Positions 48,499 through 58,922 are shown, numbered from the stretch's first letter. The stretch: DNA of 64,000 nucleotides from Syntrophomonadaceae bacterium (GCA_018333865.1 JAGXSE010000066.1:66919-130918); one strand, 5' to 3'. Program-made: numbers and translations. Notes: a model not told the origin generated them from the sequence alone.

Positions 48499-49389
48499 TT
48501 ACTGGGCTATGCCAGTTCTGGCAAGATCAAAAAACCAGTCCCACCCCCTCCATAGTAAACGGCAATCGTTCAATTCGGCTTCCGGCAGCATTGGCAGCCC
48601 ATCGATCACAGGGATATAGCCTTGCCTGAGAAAAAAATCCTGTACCGGCACTGAGCGCAAGTATTGCCCTAAATCCAGCAAGGCCGCATCCGCCCCCTGT
48701 TTCCAGGCCATGATATTGGGAAGGCAAAATGCCCCTTCGGCGGGCCAGATCATGGCTACGTTCTTATGGCGGGCATACCTGGCAAAAGAAACCTTATTGA
48801 TGCCCAAAGGAAATTGGCCTTCGTCCACAGCATTTTTCACATCTACCGGAGAACCCTTGAAAACAATATTTGCCAAAAAAGCTTGAAAACGGTCTGGGAA
48901 GAGATGCTGCAACAAGGCTAAAATCGCCCTGCTGGCAGGCAGATGCCGCTCAGGAAACAATATCCTGCCGTGCCATCTTGCATCCAGCAGATCCTCCCAT
49001 GTTTGCGGCACCTCTTTCTCTGTGATTAGCTGCCGGTTATAGATGATGATCAGGGGAATCAGAAATATGGGATGAAAATACCCTTCCGGGTCAGCCAGGC
49101 CCCTGGAAGTTAATTCTTCGCGCAAGGGAAATTGCCCCGGGCAGGGACAAAACACATCCCGCGCCCCTGCTCTGCCAATTGTGGCAAAGTCACTGCCGTA
49201 AGTAATAATCATGTCCTCCATCTGGGTGGCAGTTAAGGGCAGCAGTCCATCTTCCCGCTGATAGCAGGTTGCGGACTTAACCTCGATTAAAGTGTCATGT
49301 TTGGCCCCAATCTCCCGGGCAGCCGCTTTCACCATTTCGGCTAAAGAAAGATTTATATTTAACGGACTATGCAGAAATACACTGGCCAT
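48499..49389 (-). CDS. Periplasmic-binding-protein-like protein without a signal peptide
   Basis: 296 aa. No N-terminal hydrophobic signal. Weak PBP type 2-like pattern (ILFPERH, VAMIWPAEGAF). Overlaps the downstream ABC-ATPase-like gene by 23 nt. Confidence 0.3.
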   Translation of the reverse strand: MASVFLHSPLNINLSLAEMVKAAAREIGAKHDTLIEVKSATCYQREDGLLPLTATQMEDMIITYGSDFATIGRAGARDVFCPCPGQFPLREELTSRGLADPEGYFHPIFLIPLIIIYNRQLITEKEVPQTWEDLLDARWHGRILFPERHLPASRAILALLQHLFPDRFQAFLANIVFKGSPVDVKNAVDEGQFPLGINKVSFARYARHKNVAMIWPAEGAFCLPNIMAWKQGADAALLDLGQYLRSVPVQDFFLRQGYIPVIDGLPMLPEAELNDCRLLWRGWDWFFDLARTGIAQ

Positions 49390-50173
49390 GTAGATATACC
49401 GCCTCCTTGATCATTTCTTGATTTAATTCTCCGCCCTGACGGATCCTTTCCCTCAGTTCACATAACACTTTGTCTGTTTGCAGCAACCGGCTGAGCAGCA
49501 CCTTTTCATTGGGGCTGACAGTCAACAACCTGCTCATCCCGCCATTTTTCATCACTACCCTTTTGTCCGCTAAAAGCGCCAGCATCGGATCATGGGTGAC
49601 CACTAACACCACCTTTCCCTGTCCGGCCAGCAGCTTTAAAGCCTCCAGGCGGTTGATGCCGGCATTTTCAATTTCATCGACCAACACGATGGGGGCATTG
49701 CTTAGAAGCGCAACATCGGCCACCATCAAGGCCCGGGACTGCCCCCCGCTTAAAGAAGTCAGGCTGTCGTCCATTCTTAACGGCTCTCCCGTTAGCTGGT
49801 TAGCACAGTCCACCACTTCCAGGGCCATGTTTTCAGCATTATCAATCAGCCGGCTTTGGGCATGCAAAACCAGGAAATCCCTTACTGACATATCAATGAC
49901 AAAATTCATATTCTGGGAAATCTCGGCTACCAGCCTGCGCAAGGCTGATTGAGCGGCATATGCTCCTGGCAACAGGCCGTTAATCAGGATCTGCCGCCGC
50001 GAGGGCGTATCCCCATCCGCCCAGTACTCGATGTCTGAAATCAGCTGGCTTTTTCCGGAACCGGTAGGCCCAACCACTGCCACAATCTCGCCGGGCTCAA
50101 TCTCTACCATTGGAATGGGCTCAAGCTCACCGCTTTTGTTAAGCCCTCCCATGACTGTTATTTTTCTAATCAT
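49367..50173 (-). CDS. ABC-type ATPase with no cognate permease nearby
   Basis: Walker A GPTGSGKS, signature LSGGQSRALMVA, Walker B IVLVDEIE. Confidence 0.7.
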   Translation of the reverse strand: MIRKITVMGGLNKSGELEPIPMVEIEPGEIVAVVGPTGSGKSQLISDIEYWADGDTPSRRQILINGLLPGAYAAQSALRRLVAEISQNMNFVIDMSVRDFLVLHAQSRLIDNAENMALEVVDCANQLTGEPLRMDDSLTSLSGGQSRALMVADVALLSNAPIVLVDEIENAGINRLEALKLLAGQGKVVLVVTHDPMLALLADKRVVMKNGGMSRLLTVSPNEKVLLSRLLQTDKVLCELRERIRQGGELNQEMIKEAVYLHGQCISA

Positions 50174-50867
50174 CGCTCACTCTCCTGAAATCAATTTTCT
50201 TCACGTTCCCCATTTGATAGCGGCTGCCGATCACAGTCTCGCCATTACAATAGGAACAAACCGCGGACGGCATGGGATAGCGCAGCTCTTTTCCTGCAAG
50301 TCCTTCTATTGACGGGCTGGCCAGCACATATTTTTTCAAACGCAGGGTTCCCTGCCCCGTCAAGCCGTTGATCTCAATCACCTCGGCAGCAGGGTTAACC
50401 ATTTCAATCCTTCTGCGAAAAACCTCCCGTTCGGCCTGAGAAACAATATCGCCTTTGGTCACCACAATCACATCGGCAGTCGTTAAAATCGGCCCCACTT
50501 TTTTAGGAGTATCGATACCGCTTAAATTATCCACCACACAGATCGAAAGACAACCTCTGATGCCCGGGGCACAGCGGTGGCAAAGACCCGCCGTTTCCAG
50601 CACCAGTATTTCCGCCGACTGTTCCTTGCCCCAGGCGTAAATCTCTTCCAAGTTGGATACATAAAAATGATCGGGGCAAATATAATCGCTTAACCCTGCC
50701 GTCACCGGAACGCCCAGGCGGCGGTAAGCCCTGTCGTCCGACGTTTCCAGGCAATCAATCTTGCACACCGCTACCCGGGTCCCATCTTTTAGGATCTGCC
50801 GCAAGGTATGCAGCATCACCGATGTTTTTCCTGCTGCCGGAGTGCCGGCCACAATTACCACTCGCAA
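50166..50867 (-). CDS. G3E-family P-loop GTPase (HypB/UreG/CobW-like metallochaperone-type)
   Basis: P-loop GTPAAGKTS, switch-like ETAGLCHRC (compare HypB ENVGNLVCP), TKGD (an NKxD variant), and C-terminal CSYC. Confidence 0.55.
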   Translation of the reverse strand: MRVVIVAGTPAAGKTSVMLHTLRQILKDGTRVAVCKIDCLETSDDRAYRRLGVPVTAGLSDYICPDHFYVSNLEEIYAWGKEQSAEILVLETAGLCHRCAPGIRGCLSICVVDNLSGIDTPKKVGPILTTADVIVVTKGDIVSQAEREVFRRRIEMVNPAAEVIEINGLTGQGTLRLKKYVLASPSIEGLAGKELRYPMPSAVCSYCNGETVIGSRYQMGNVKKIDFRRVSDD

Positions 50868-51092
50868 ATAAAAACCCTCCTTATCTCCTGGTAATCAGTG
50901 GACATAACCATTGGCCCACCGTATTTACACCCCAAAAGTTACTAGATACTTTAATATCTATCCGCGCTGGATTGACTATGATAATCATTTTCATTTATAA
51001 TCGAATTATACAGCTGATTATTTTAAAAAAAAGTATCCCTTGTTACACTTTTTCTTTTCCGGTGAAATATTTTTGAACGAGGGGGCAGGACT

Positions 51093-51773
51093 TTGGACAG
51101 TATGATCCGGCTGCTCAATAAATGCTGCCTGTTTAGCCACTTATCTGTTGCGGAGATAGAAGGACTATTAAGGGATGTTGCCTCCAGCATCAGATGCTAC
51201 AAAAAAAATGAGGTGATATTTTCACCTCATTATCCGGCAGACACCTTGGGGATTATCTTGAAAGGAAGCATTGACGCGCAGAAAATTTTTGCCTCTGGAA
51301 AAGTTATCACAGTAAGCAGAAGGTTTCCCTACGATCTGATTGCCGACGTTTCCGTCTTTGCCAACATTAATTACTATCCCTCTACTGTTTTGGCCTGTGA
51401 AAACAGCCACATCTGGCTGATAAATAAAGCTAATCTCTTAAAATTATTTGCCAGGGATCACAGGATCATGGTTAAATTTTTAGAGACTGTCTCCAACAGG
51501 GCTTTAGCCCTCAATAATGTGATTGAAATTCTGTCTTTAAATTCTGTCCCGGCTAAAATAGCCTATTTTCTAACAATGGAACAGAAAAAGCAAAAAAACA
51601 GCACCATCACGCTCAAGTTTCCCAAAAAATCTTTGGCTGAGCAGATCAATGTATCAAGGCCTACTCTATCCAGGGAGTTGAAAAAGATGCAGCTTATGGG
51701 CATCATTTCTTGCCATAAAAGAACCATTAAAATCCATAGCTTAGAAAAATTGGCGGACCTCTGCCCCCATTAA
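51093..51773 (+). CDS. Crp/Fnr-family transcriptional regulator
   Basis: cNMP-binding-like N-terminal beta-roll, C-terminal HTH (SLAEQINVSRPTLSRELKKMQ). Confidence 0.75.
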   Translation: MDSMIRLLNKCCLFSHLSVAEIEGLLRDVASSIRCYKKNEVIFSPHYPADTLGIILKGSIDAQKIFASGKVITVSRRFPYDLIADVSVFANINYYPSTVLACENSHIWLINKANLLKLFARDHRIMVKFLETVSNRALALNNVIEILSLNSVPAKIAYFLTMEQKKQKNSTITLKFPKKSLAEQINVSRPTLSRELKKMQLMGIISCHKRTIKIHSLEKLADLCPH

Positions 51774-51832
51774 ATTCTAAACTGCCGTAAATTTAAATGC
51801 CAAGGGCTGAAACTCTGGTTTCAGACAGGTGC

Positions 51833-54061
51833 TTATGCTTTTACAACCTCTACCAGATTAGTATGCTGGGGGTTTCCTTTGGCAAGTGGCGTAGGATAGT
51901 AACGAGTAAGCACATTGATGCATCCTCCCTGATCAACTCCATTTTCATCCGGACTGTACCAGGCTCCCTGGGGAATGGCCACAACACCTGGCATGATCCG
52001 GGAAGTTACCTGTGCCTCGATCTCCAGTTCACCGCGGCTGTTGAAAACCCGGACCCGGTCTTTGTCTTTAATCCCTCTGGTTTTTGCATCCGCCGGATTT
52101 ATCCACATCGTAAGGGGAACTACCTTTTCTGCCCAGGGGAGATTGGCAAAGACAGAATGAGTGCTCCTCTTGCTGTGCCAGCCAATTAATTGCAAGGGGT
52201 ACTTATCTTTAAGGGGGTCAGATGGGCCTTCCCAGCTGGGAATATATTTTGGGATAGCGGGAATTTCCACAGGATTTTGCATCTGATAAAGTCTATCGGA
52301 AAAAATTTCTATTTTTCCGGAAGGGGTAGGAAAAGGATGTTTTACCGGGTCTTTTACTTGATCCTGAAAAGCAATTAATGGTTCCTGGCTGTCCACACGG
52401 TAAATTCCACACCGGGAAAACTCCTCAAAGCTGGGAAAATCCCTGTAGACCTCCCGGGTTTTCTCCACGATGTAACGGGCCCAATCCTCATAACTCTTTC
52501 CTTCAGTAAATTCTGCCTTTACACCTAACTTTTCGGCCACCTCTGTTATCCAATCGTAGCCTGTCCGGCGCTCAAACTCTGATTCAACCGCCTTGTTCTG
52601 AAAAATGGCGCAGTCGGCGTATTCCCAGGGAGCTACAATATCGATCCGCTCCAAAAAATTAGTGCTGGGCAAAAGCAGATCGGCAAAGCGGGCAGAGGAG
52701 GTCATGAACTCATCTGCCACCAAAATAAATTCACACTTTGTTTCGTCTGCTAAAATTGTGCGGATGAGATTGATGTCAGAATGTTGATTGATGAGACAGT
52801 TACCAGCCAGACTAGCAAGGAACTTTATCTCGCTGCCTAACCTGTCTGCATTTCGGACCCCATCCTCTGGTCCCATTCCGGTACCCCGTAAAATGGCGTC
52901 AGGCCACATAAAGACTGGAATAGAGGTGCGCACAGGATTTCGATAGGGGATGGAAGCAAGGATAAGGCGGGAATAAGAACCCGCACCCGAGGCCCAGCCT
53001 CCCAGGATGCCAACATTGCCGGTAATAGCCGCCAAAACTGTAGCGCCTCTGACAGGCTGTTCTCCATAGGCGTGTCTCTGGGGACCCCATCCTTGGATTA
53101 AGGCTGCAGGTTTACTTAACGCGTAGTCCCGAGCCAACTGGCAGATAGTATGGGCCGGAACTCTGGTTATTTTTTCTGCCCATTCCGGGGTCTTGGGCAC
53201 ACCGTCAGCTTGGCCCAGGATATAGCTTGTCAAGGAATTGCCTGTAGGAATTCCTGCAGGCAATTGCTCTTCATGAAATCCCAGACAAAATTTTTCCACA
53301 TACTTTCTGTCATAAAGGTTTTCGGTGATCATCACATAGGTCATGGCATCCATCAGAGCATTGTCGGTAGTGGGTAAGATTGGGACCCACTGATCTGCCA
53401 GAATACTGGCTGTGTCCGAATAACGCGGGTCAATCACGATTATCCTTGCTCCCTGGGCCTTAGCCTGTTTCAAGTAGCGGAAGGTATTTGTGCCAAAGAC
53501 GGTCTCAGCAGGGTTATGGCCCCAGAGGATGATCAATTTGGCATAAAGCCAGTTATCCCGGGAGCTGCCGGTCTGGTCTGTCCCATAGGTATAGGGGGTA
53601 GCAACCCTGGTGCAGGCGGAACTATAGGAATTATGGTAATTGAGATAACCGCCTCCGTAAATACATAACAACCTGCGAAAAAACTCCCTTTCCGCCAGCT
53701 TGCCGGAGATTCCCGAGGCATAGTTTATGTATCTGGATTCGGGGCCGTATAGCTGGGTAATGCGTTGAAGCTCCCTGGTGATTATATCAGTAGCTTCCGT
53801 CCAGGAGATCCTGGTAAATTGTCCCTCGCCTCTTTTGCCGCTGCGCTTTAACGGATATTTTAGCCGGCCGGGATGGTAAAGTCTTTCTACATAAGCGCTG
53901 CAGCGGATACAAGGCAGCAACCGCTGATGTTTTTCCGCCTTGCCATCGCTTAAGGCTTTTATCCTGGTAACAGTATTTCCTTGCACATGAACCTGGAGCA
54001 GACATCGCCCGCCACAGTTATGCCCGCCGGATGTAATTATAATTCTTTCCTGGCTTTCCAT
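51833..54061 (-). CDS. Molybdopterin (bis-MGD) oxidoreductase of the DMSO reductase family, cytoplasmic (no Tat signal), BisC/DmsA/transhydroxylase-like
   Basis: 742 aa. The C-terminal beta-barrel domain (INPADAKTRGIKDKDRVRVFNSRG, GVVAIPQGAW) and SGKIEIFS are conserved in DmsA/BisC-type enzymes. The N-terminus has a non-canonical C-x3-C...C-x2-C and no RR motif. Confidence 0.7.
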   Translation of the reverse strand: MESQERIIITSGGHNCGGRCLLQVHVQGNTVTRIKALSDGKAEKHQRLLPCIRCSAYVERLYHPGRLKYPLKRSGKRGEGQFTRISWTEATDIITRELQRITQLYGPESRYINYASGISGKLAEREFFRRLLCIYGGGYLNYHNSYSSACTRVATPYTYGTDQTGSSRDNWLYAKLIILWGHNPAETVFGTNTFRYLKQAKAQGARIIVIDPRYSDTASILADQWVPILPTTDNALMDAMTYVMITENLYDRKYVEKFCLGFHEEQLPAGIPTGNSLTSYILGQADGVPKTPEWAEKITRVPAHTICQLARDYALSKPAALIQGWGPQRHAYGEQPVRGATVLAAITGNVGILGGWASGAGSYSRLILASIPYRNPVRTSIPVFMWPDAILRGTGMGPEDGVRNADRLGSEIKFLASLAGNCLINQHSDINLIRTILADETKCEFILVADEFMTSSARFADLLLPSTNFLERIDIVAPWEYADCAIFQNKAVESEFERRTGYDWITEVAEKLGVKAEFTEGKSYEDWARYIVEKTREVYRDFPSFEEFSRCGIYRVDSQEPLIAFQDQVKDPVKHPFPTPSGKIEIFSDRLYQMQNPVEIPAIPKYIPSWEGPSDPLKDKYPLQLIGWHSKRSTHSVFANLPWAEKVVPLTMWINPADAKTRGIKDKDRVRVFNSRGELEIEAQVTSRIMPGVVAIPQGAWYSPDENGVDQGGCINVLTRYYPTPLAKGNPQHTNLVEVVKA

Positions 54062-54135
54062 CTTTTCCTCTTTTCTAAGACCGGATCGGTTTGTTATTGT
54101 AAAAAATCATCTGGCCAAAGCCTGAGGAAGCCTTG

Positions 54136-54477
54136 CTATTTCCTGACAAAATGTGGCAAGTCTAAAGGTATTGCAAAGGATAACTCAACGAATCCATTAA
54201 ACTCTTGATCCTGATACCAGGGGGCCTGGTAGATCATTTTCTTTATGCCGTTTTTTTCGGTGGTGTAACAGTTGATAGTTTCCCCTGCTGTCATTTCTAC
54301 CAGTTTTTTGCGGGCAGGCTCGGGATGACATTCAAAAACGTCTTTTCCGATTAATTCTTTGCCGCCGTCTTTGGCAAACAGTTTAATTGCCTGGTCGTTC
54401 ATCTCGATAATCTTGCCACTTTGATCCGTCACAGTTATTGCCATAGAAAACTCCTTTAACCATTGTCCATCTGACAT
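54136..54477 (-). CDS. Single PAS-domain protein
   Basis: About 113 aa. PAS-like fold residues. Start at MSDGQW (54477) after GGGGTGA. Confidence 0.5.
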   Translation of the reverse strand: MSDGQWLKEFSMAITVTDQSGKIIEMNDQAIKLFAKDGGKELIGKDVFECHPEPARKKLVEMTAGETINCYTTEKNGIKKMIYQAPWYQDQEFNGFVELSFAIPLDLPHFVRK

Positions 54478-54585
54478 TAGATCTTCACCCCTGTCGTAAA
54501 ATAAAAGTGATGGCACCGCTTTAGCGGCATGGAAGGCTATCTATTATAATAATAGTAGCCTTTGTTTGGGCATTTATCTCACCTG

Positions 54586-55896
54586 CTAGATACGATGGAG
54601 TCTTCTCGCGGCAATGAAGGAGAGGCCCTTCTCCGTCAAGGCCTCCGCGGTTTTGTTGACGGCGGCGTGTTTGTCAAGGTAGTTAAGCGTGAGTTTCGCC
54701 ATGTCACCAGAGGATTCTATTTCTGTTTTGCTGCGGAAGTAGTCCAAGATATCTGAGGGATGCTCGCGGGTGACCTCGACCTCGGGGTCGCCGCCTTCGT
54801 GTTTAGCGGCTACATTTGGCACACTCATCGCAAGCGTCAGGAGTTCCTCGCGCCGATTATAGGGCTGACGCACGATACTCTTGTAGGCTTCGGTGATATG
54901 ATGCTCTAGCCGCACGTTGCTCTCAAGCCCAAGTGCTTTGCGCACGTAGGAGCTCAGTTCAATTGTTTCGTTATTGACGGAATTGCCCAAGTTAAACCCT
55001 GCCAAAGGCGTAGTCCCATCCTCGCGCGCCATGAGGCGAGCCATGAGCAATGTCCACAGCACCGAGTAGGGATTGTCGTTGCCCATGAACACGGAAATCT
55101 TAAAGCTGATGTTGATCCCCATTTTGTAGAGCATGTAACCGAGGAAAACAGTGCCGGGGTTGATATTTAACACCTGACTGATGCCATAGTTGGTATAATA
55201 GTAGAGTCACTCGTCTACCCACTTCAGGGCATAGTCGTTAGGCTGCCCAATACCCCCAAAGTAGCCGGTAATAGTAGCGGGGCCACAAAGATGTACGTTG
55301 GAGCCGTCTGTCCCCTTGGTGTCAAGCGTCTCGACATAGCTCGCGCCGATAATTTGCATGGCGGCGGCAATCGCTAGCGTGTCCCCTTGATCGGCTTCCT
55401 GTTCTTTCATCCTGCGTACACGGATGTAGCGCCCGGGCATAATCTCTTGCCGCTCAATGGCCTGTTTAGCTTCGGCGATGAGCCATGGGAAATACTGGAG
55501 AGCGCTGATTTCCAGTGTCACTGCGCGTCCCTCGTCAAAATACATGCGGTCGGCCTTGTCACCAAGCACTTTGCGGCGATACTCAGACAGCGGCACAAAT
55601 GCCCCTTTGTCCCTCTCCCGCATCAGCCACTGCAAGTCTTCGCGGTAGGGGGAACGCATGTTCTCAAGCCTTGCCAGCAAGTTTGGCAAATGTGTAGCCT
55701 CTTTTGCGCGTGTATTGATCTCCTCTGCGGTGCCGTACTTATGTACCACCCGCATGAGTTCGTTGATTAGCTTGTTGTCAGGACGGGTCAGAAACTCGGC
55801 AACTGCGGTGAAGGCTTGCTGATTGATGCGGAAAATGTCGTTAGTCAATGATCCATTCCTCCTTTTTTTCCGGTTAACGGTTAGTTGAGACCGCAA
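54586..55896 (-). pseudogene. Roughly 436-codon conserved-hypothetical ORF interrupted by one in-frame TGA (selenocysteine candidate or nonsense pseudogene)
   Basis: Two ORF-track entries (55207-55896 and 54586-55173) are in the same frame. The intervening sequence reads ...KWVDE-TGA-LYYYTNYGISQVLNINPGT... with no other stop, so a single TGA at minus-strand position about 55204-55206 separates them. Confidence 0.45.
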
Positions 55897-55944
55897 AAGG
55901 CTCCTTTTTGGACTTCCCTTTTTAGCAAGTCCTATTAGGTTAGC

Positions 55945-56355
55945 CTACCTTGGATCGCGAACGCCCAGGTACTCAATCAAAGCTGATTGCAGCACTTTAG
56001 AGAAGTTGACTCCTTGGGCTTCTGCCAATTCCTTTAACCACGCCGGTATCGTCAGATTAGTCTTGACAGCCCTATTATCCAGCTCATTCTTCACAAGCTC
56101 AGGGAAAACCGAGATAGGAACCACAATGTACCCGCCTACCGTCTCAGGGTCGATCTGCGGCCGTTTCGAGGGCGCTGGTATTTCATCGCCATCTTTCTCC
56201 ATTCCGTAGATGTGTAGACCCAATGCCTCAGCAGCGTTTAGCTGTGCTTGTTCAAAGTCTTCTCCTAAACTCACGCACCCCGGAAGATCGGGAAAATATA
56301 CGCCATAACCCTCTTTTATGGGCTCAAACACAGCAAAATAAGTGAGTTTGCGCAT
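55945..56355 (-). CDS. hicB: HicB-family antitoxin
   Basis: UPF0150-like N-terminal domain (YFAVFEPIKEGYGVYFPDLPGC) and a C-terminal RHH-like DNA-binding region. Start at MRKLTY (56355) after AAGGAG. Confidence 0.7.
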   Translation of the reverse strand: MRKLTYFAVFEPIKEGYGVYFPDLPGCVSLGEDFEQAQLNAAEALGLHIYGMEKDGDEIPAPSKRPQIDPETVGGYIVVPISVFPELVKNELDNRAVKTNLTIPAWLKELAEAQGVNFSKVLQSALIEYLGVRDPR

Positions 56356-56387
56356 TTTCTGACTCCTTTCTTTGTCAGTCAGGGCTG

Positions 56388-56576
56388 TCATTTCAGCCCA
56401 GCCTGCTTGAGAATGCTGTTTAGTGTTCCTGGAGGGATGTCGCCTGAGTGGTTCGGGATTGTGACTTTACCTTTTTTGGTCGGGTGTTTTAGCTGTATGT
56501 GGGACCCCTTGGTTCGGTTTTCTACCTCCCGCCACCCGTCTATATGCAGTAATTTCAGTATTTCTCTGACCTTCAT
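56388..56576 (-). CDS. hicA: HicA mRNA-interferase toxin
   Basis: 62 aa. The GWREVENRTKGSHIQLKHP pattern. Confidence 0.7.
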   Translation of the reverse strand: MKVREILKLLHIDGWREVENRTKGSHIQLKHPTKKGKVTIPNHSGDIPPGTLNSILKQAGLK

Positions 56577-56767
56577 TATCGCTCTCCCTCACCTCAATAT
56601 TATACGCATAAAAAATACGCATGTCAATCACGATCATGGGAACACGGCAGCCAAGGTGGTACTGATGTGACCGCATCGGAGCATTGTCATCAAAAGACAG
56701 TACCTGCTTTAGGCATTCTGATAAGTCTTTCCGGGCGCATTGCCTCAACTTCGCCAAAAGTTTGCGG

Positions 56768-58000
56768 TCATTTCAACTGGCTCTCAGCACTAGAAGGCCT
56801 GTTTGAAGTCTGATCAGATAACCTCCAGGACGAGATTGCAGCGCCAACCATTGCGATAAAACCCATTACCCAAAAACCACCTGCAAGCCCTGCCAGATCA
56901 GAAATTATCCCGGTCAGAACCGGGCCCGAGGTCATCCCTATTGCATAGGCAGACTGAAAGAAGCCTAATGCCACAGCTCCCCGGTCATTTGGCACCGAAG
57001 CCAAGGCAAAAGCCATCAGCTGCGGCACCAAAAGCCCGCGGGCCAGACCGCCAATGGCCTGAGACCAATAGAGGGATTGAAGATTCGGTAGCAGAGGGAT
57101 AATCGCTATGGTTAAAGCAGAGACGAGAAAGCCGAGAACAACTGTGAACCGAAAGCCCCATCGCGGAGATAACCAGGTGCCACCCAATAATGTAGTTAAC
57201 AAGGCAGGAATGCCATTAAAAAGAGCCAAAAGGCCTAATTGATTGGTTGTCGCCGCCAGGTGTTGTTGAGCCCAGTCGTTAACAAAAACAACTGAGCCGC
57301 CCCAATGCAAATAATTAGCGGCTACCGCCAAAAAAGAGGCGAGAAGGATTTTCGAGTTGCCGCCTACGCGGAGGAGCTCACTGACCGAAGGAGTAAGCTG
57401 TTTAGACCCGTGTGCAGAAAGTTTTCGGTCGGGTACAAATATTACAATGGCCGTGGCAACCAACCCTGAAAAGAAACTCAAAAAGAAAACCGGGATCAAT
57501 CCAAAGCTTGATGCTACATACGGACCTACACTTTGACCTACTAAAATGCCAAGGCTCATGATCGTGGCAATAATGGCTACAGCCTTAGCCGTAGATTGGG
57601 GAAAATATGTGTGGAAAAGGACCATAAAGGCCAGCCAGCAGGTCGCCGCTAGTCCCGCCAGCAGACGCACAATAACCAGCCCCAATGGACTGCCTGCCGC
57701 TATCAACAGCAAGCCGCTCAAAGATGCCAGGACACACCCGGCAAGAACAAAAGGCTTATATCGCCCAAGCCGGTCTGCCCAGACACCTGTAGGTATCCTC
57801 AGAAATATTTGCACAAAACCATAAGCCCCAGCAATTATCCCAATAATAGTTGCACCAGCGCCAAGGCTTCTGGCATAACCGGGAATAAGGGGGATATATG
57901 CATGCAGTGAAATCCAGTACAGAAAGGTCGCAACTCCCAGGACTACAGCGGGCTTCAAATCAACCTTTGCGGCAGAGTCGGAACTACTACTGCTGGTCAT
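56768..58000 (-). CDS. MFS transporter
   Basis: 410 aa, 12 predicted TM helices, a GVWADRLGR-type motif between TM2 and TM3. Confidence 0.75.
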   Translation of the reverse strand: MTSSSSSDSAAKVDLKPAVVLGVATFLYWISLHAYIPLIPGYARSLGAGATIIGIIAGAYGFVQIFLRIPTGVWADRLGRYKPFVLAGCVLASLSGLLLIAAGSPLGLVIVRLLAGLAATCWLAFMVLFHTYFPQSTAKAVAIIATIMSLGILVGQSVGPYVASSFGLIPVFFLSFFSGLVATAIVIFVPDRKLSAHGSKQLTPSVSELLRVGGNSKILLASFLAVAANYLHWGGSVVFVNDWAQQHLAATTNQLGLLALFNGIPALLTTLLGGTWLSPRWGFRFTVVLGFLVSALTIAIIPLLPNLQSLYWSQAIGGLARGLLVPQLMAFALASVPNDRGAVALGFFQSAYAIGMTSGPVLTGIISDLAGLAGGFWVMGFIAMVGAAISSWRLSDQTSNRPSSAESQLK

Positions 58001-58073
58001 GCTATTTCACCTTTTCAAAAATTGGCCGAAGCCAATTGGTATCCGTTGATATGGCCTCAAGATAAATCCTAGA

Positions 58074-58922
58074 CTACAACAAACAAATGGTGCCCACATT
58101 AATACTTGCTTGCAAATCAACCTCCAGGGTTTTCCTAAGCTTTCCCTCAACCAGGATTTGGATAATATACTTTTCGTTATTCGCTTCCAGGTTGTCAAAC
58201 TTAAAATCGCCAAAAATGTCTGTGGTTGTTTCACAAACCAGACGGTATCCATTAAAGAGATTAACCCTGGCCCCTTCCACGCAGTCGGTTTTTCCGTTAT
58301 GTTCATAAGCTATGCTGCCGGCTATAAAGCACTTGGCATACCGGTACATATTCTTGTAATAAACACGGGGTTGGGTGTTTTCCTGTGAATTCAACACTTC
58401 CAACTGTTCTGACCGGATAATCTCCCTGATTTTGTCCGCGTTCACATATTCCACCCTTAAAGCTCCGGCAGGGCAGGCCTGCACACAGCGAGGTTCTTTC
58501 CAGCCCCCGTCGATTAAATGGGCACAGAAGCTGCATTTCTGCGGCACTTCTTCCTGTTCGTTCCACCAGATTGCTCCGTAAGGACAAGATTGCCCCAACT
58601 CTCTTAACCCTTTAGCCCTGATCGGATCAATAATTACAATTCCATCATGCCTTTTGCACACAGCACCGTTTGCGGCCCGGATACAAGGAGCATTGTCGCA
58701 GTGCATGCAAAGCTTGGGCAGATATACCACATCAATTAATGGATAAGAGCCTCTTTCTTTCCGTAAAATATCGATCCACCTGTGCCCGTGCCGTGGCTGC
58801 GGCTTAGAGTATCCGGGCCATTCGTTATCGACGTGTTCGTCTTTGCAGGCTAAAAAACAGTTGTTGCAGTCGTTGCATTTTTCCAGGTCAATGATTATAT
58901 TCCACTTTTTCACTGGCTGCAC
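58074..58922 (-). CDS. 3x[4Fe-4S] ferredoxin-type beta subunit of a DMSO-reductase-family enzyme, with a C-terminal extension resembling the pyrogallol-phloroglucinol transhydroxylase small subunit (BthL)
   Basis: CNDCNNCFLAC, CMHCDNAPC...C, CSFCAHL...CVQACP cluster motifs. The segments NEWPGY, GHRWIDILRKERGSYP, PRVYYKNMYRY and FGDFKFDNLE match my recollection of BthL. A roughly 100 aa C-terminal beta-rich extension. Confidence 0.6.
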   Translation of the reverse strand: MQPVKKWNIIIDLEKCNDCNNCFLACKDEHVDNEWPGYSKPQPRHGHRWIDILRKERGSYPLIDVVYLPKLCMHCDNAPCIRAANGAVCKRHDGIVIIDPIRAKGLRELGQSCPYGAIWWNEQEEVPQKCSFCAHLIDGGWKEPRCVQACPAGALRVEYVNADKIREIIRSEQLEVLNSQENTQPRVYYKNMYRYAKCFIAGSIAYEHNGKTDCVEGARVNLFNGYRLVCETTTDIFGDFKFDNLEANNEKYIIQILVEGKLRKTLEVDLQASINVGTICLL

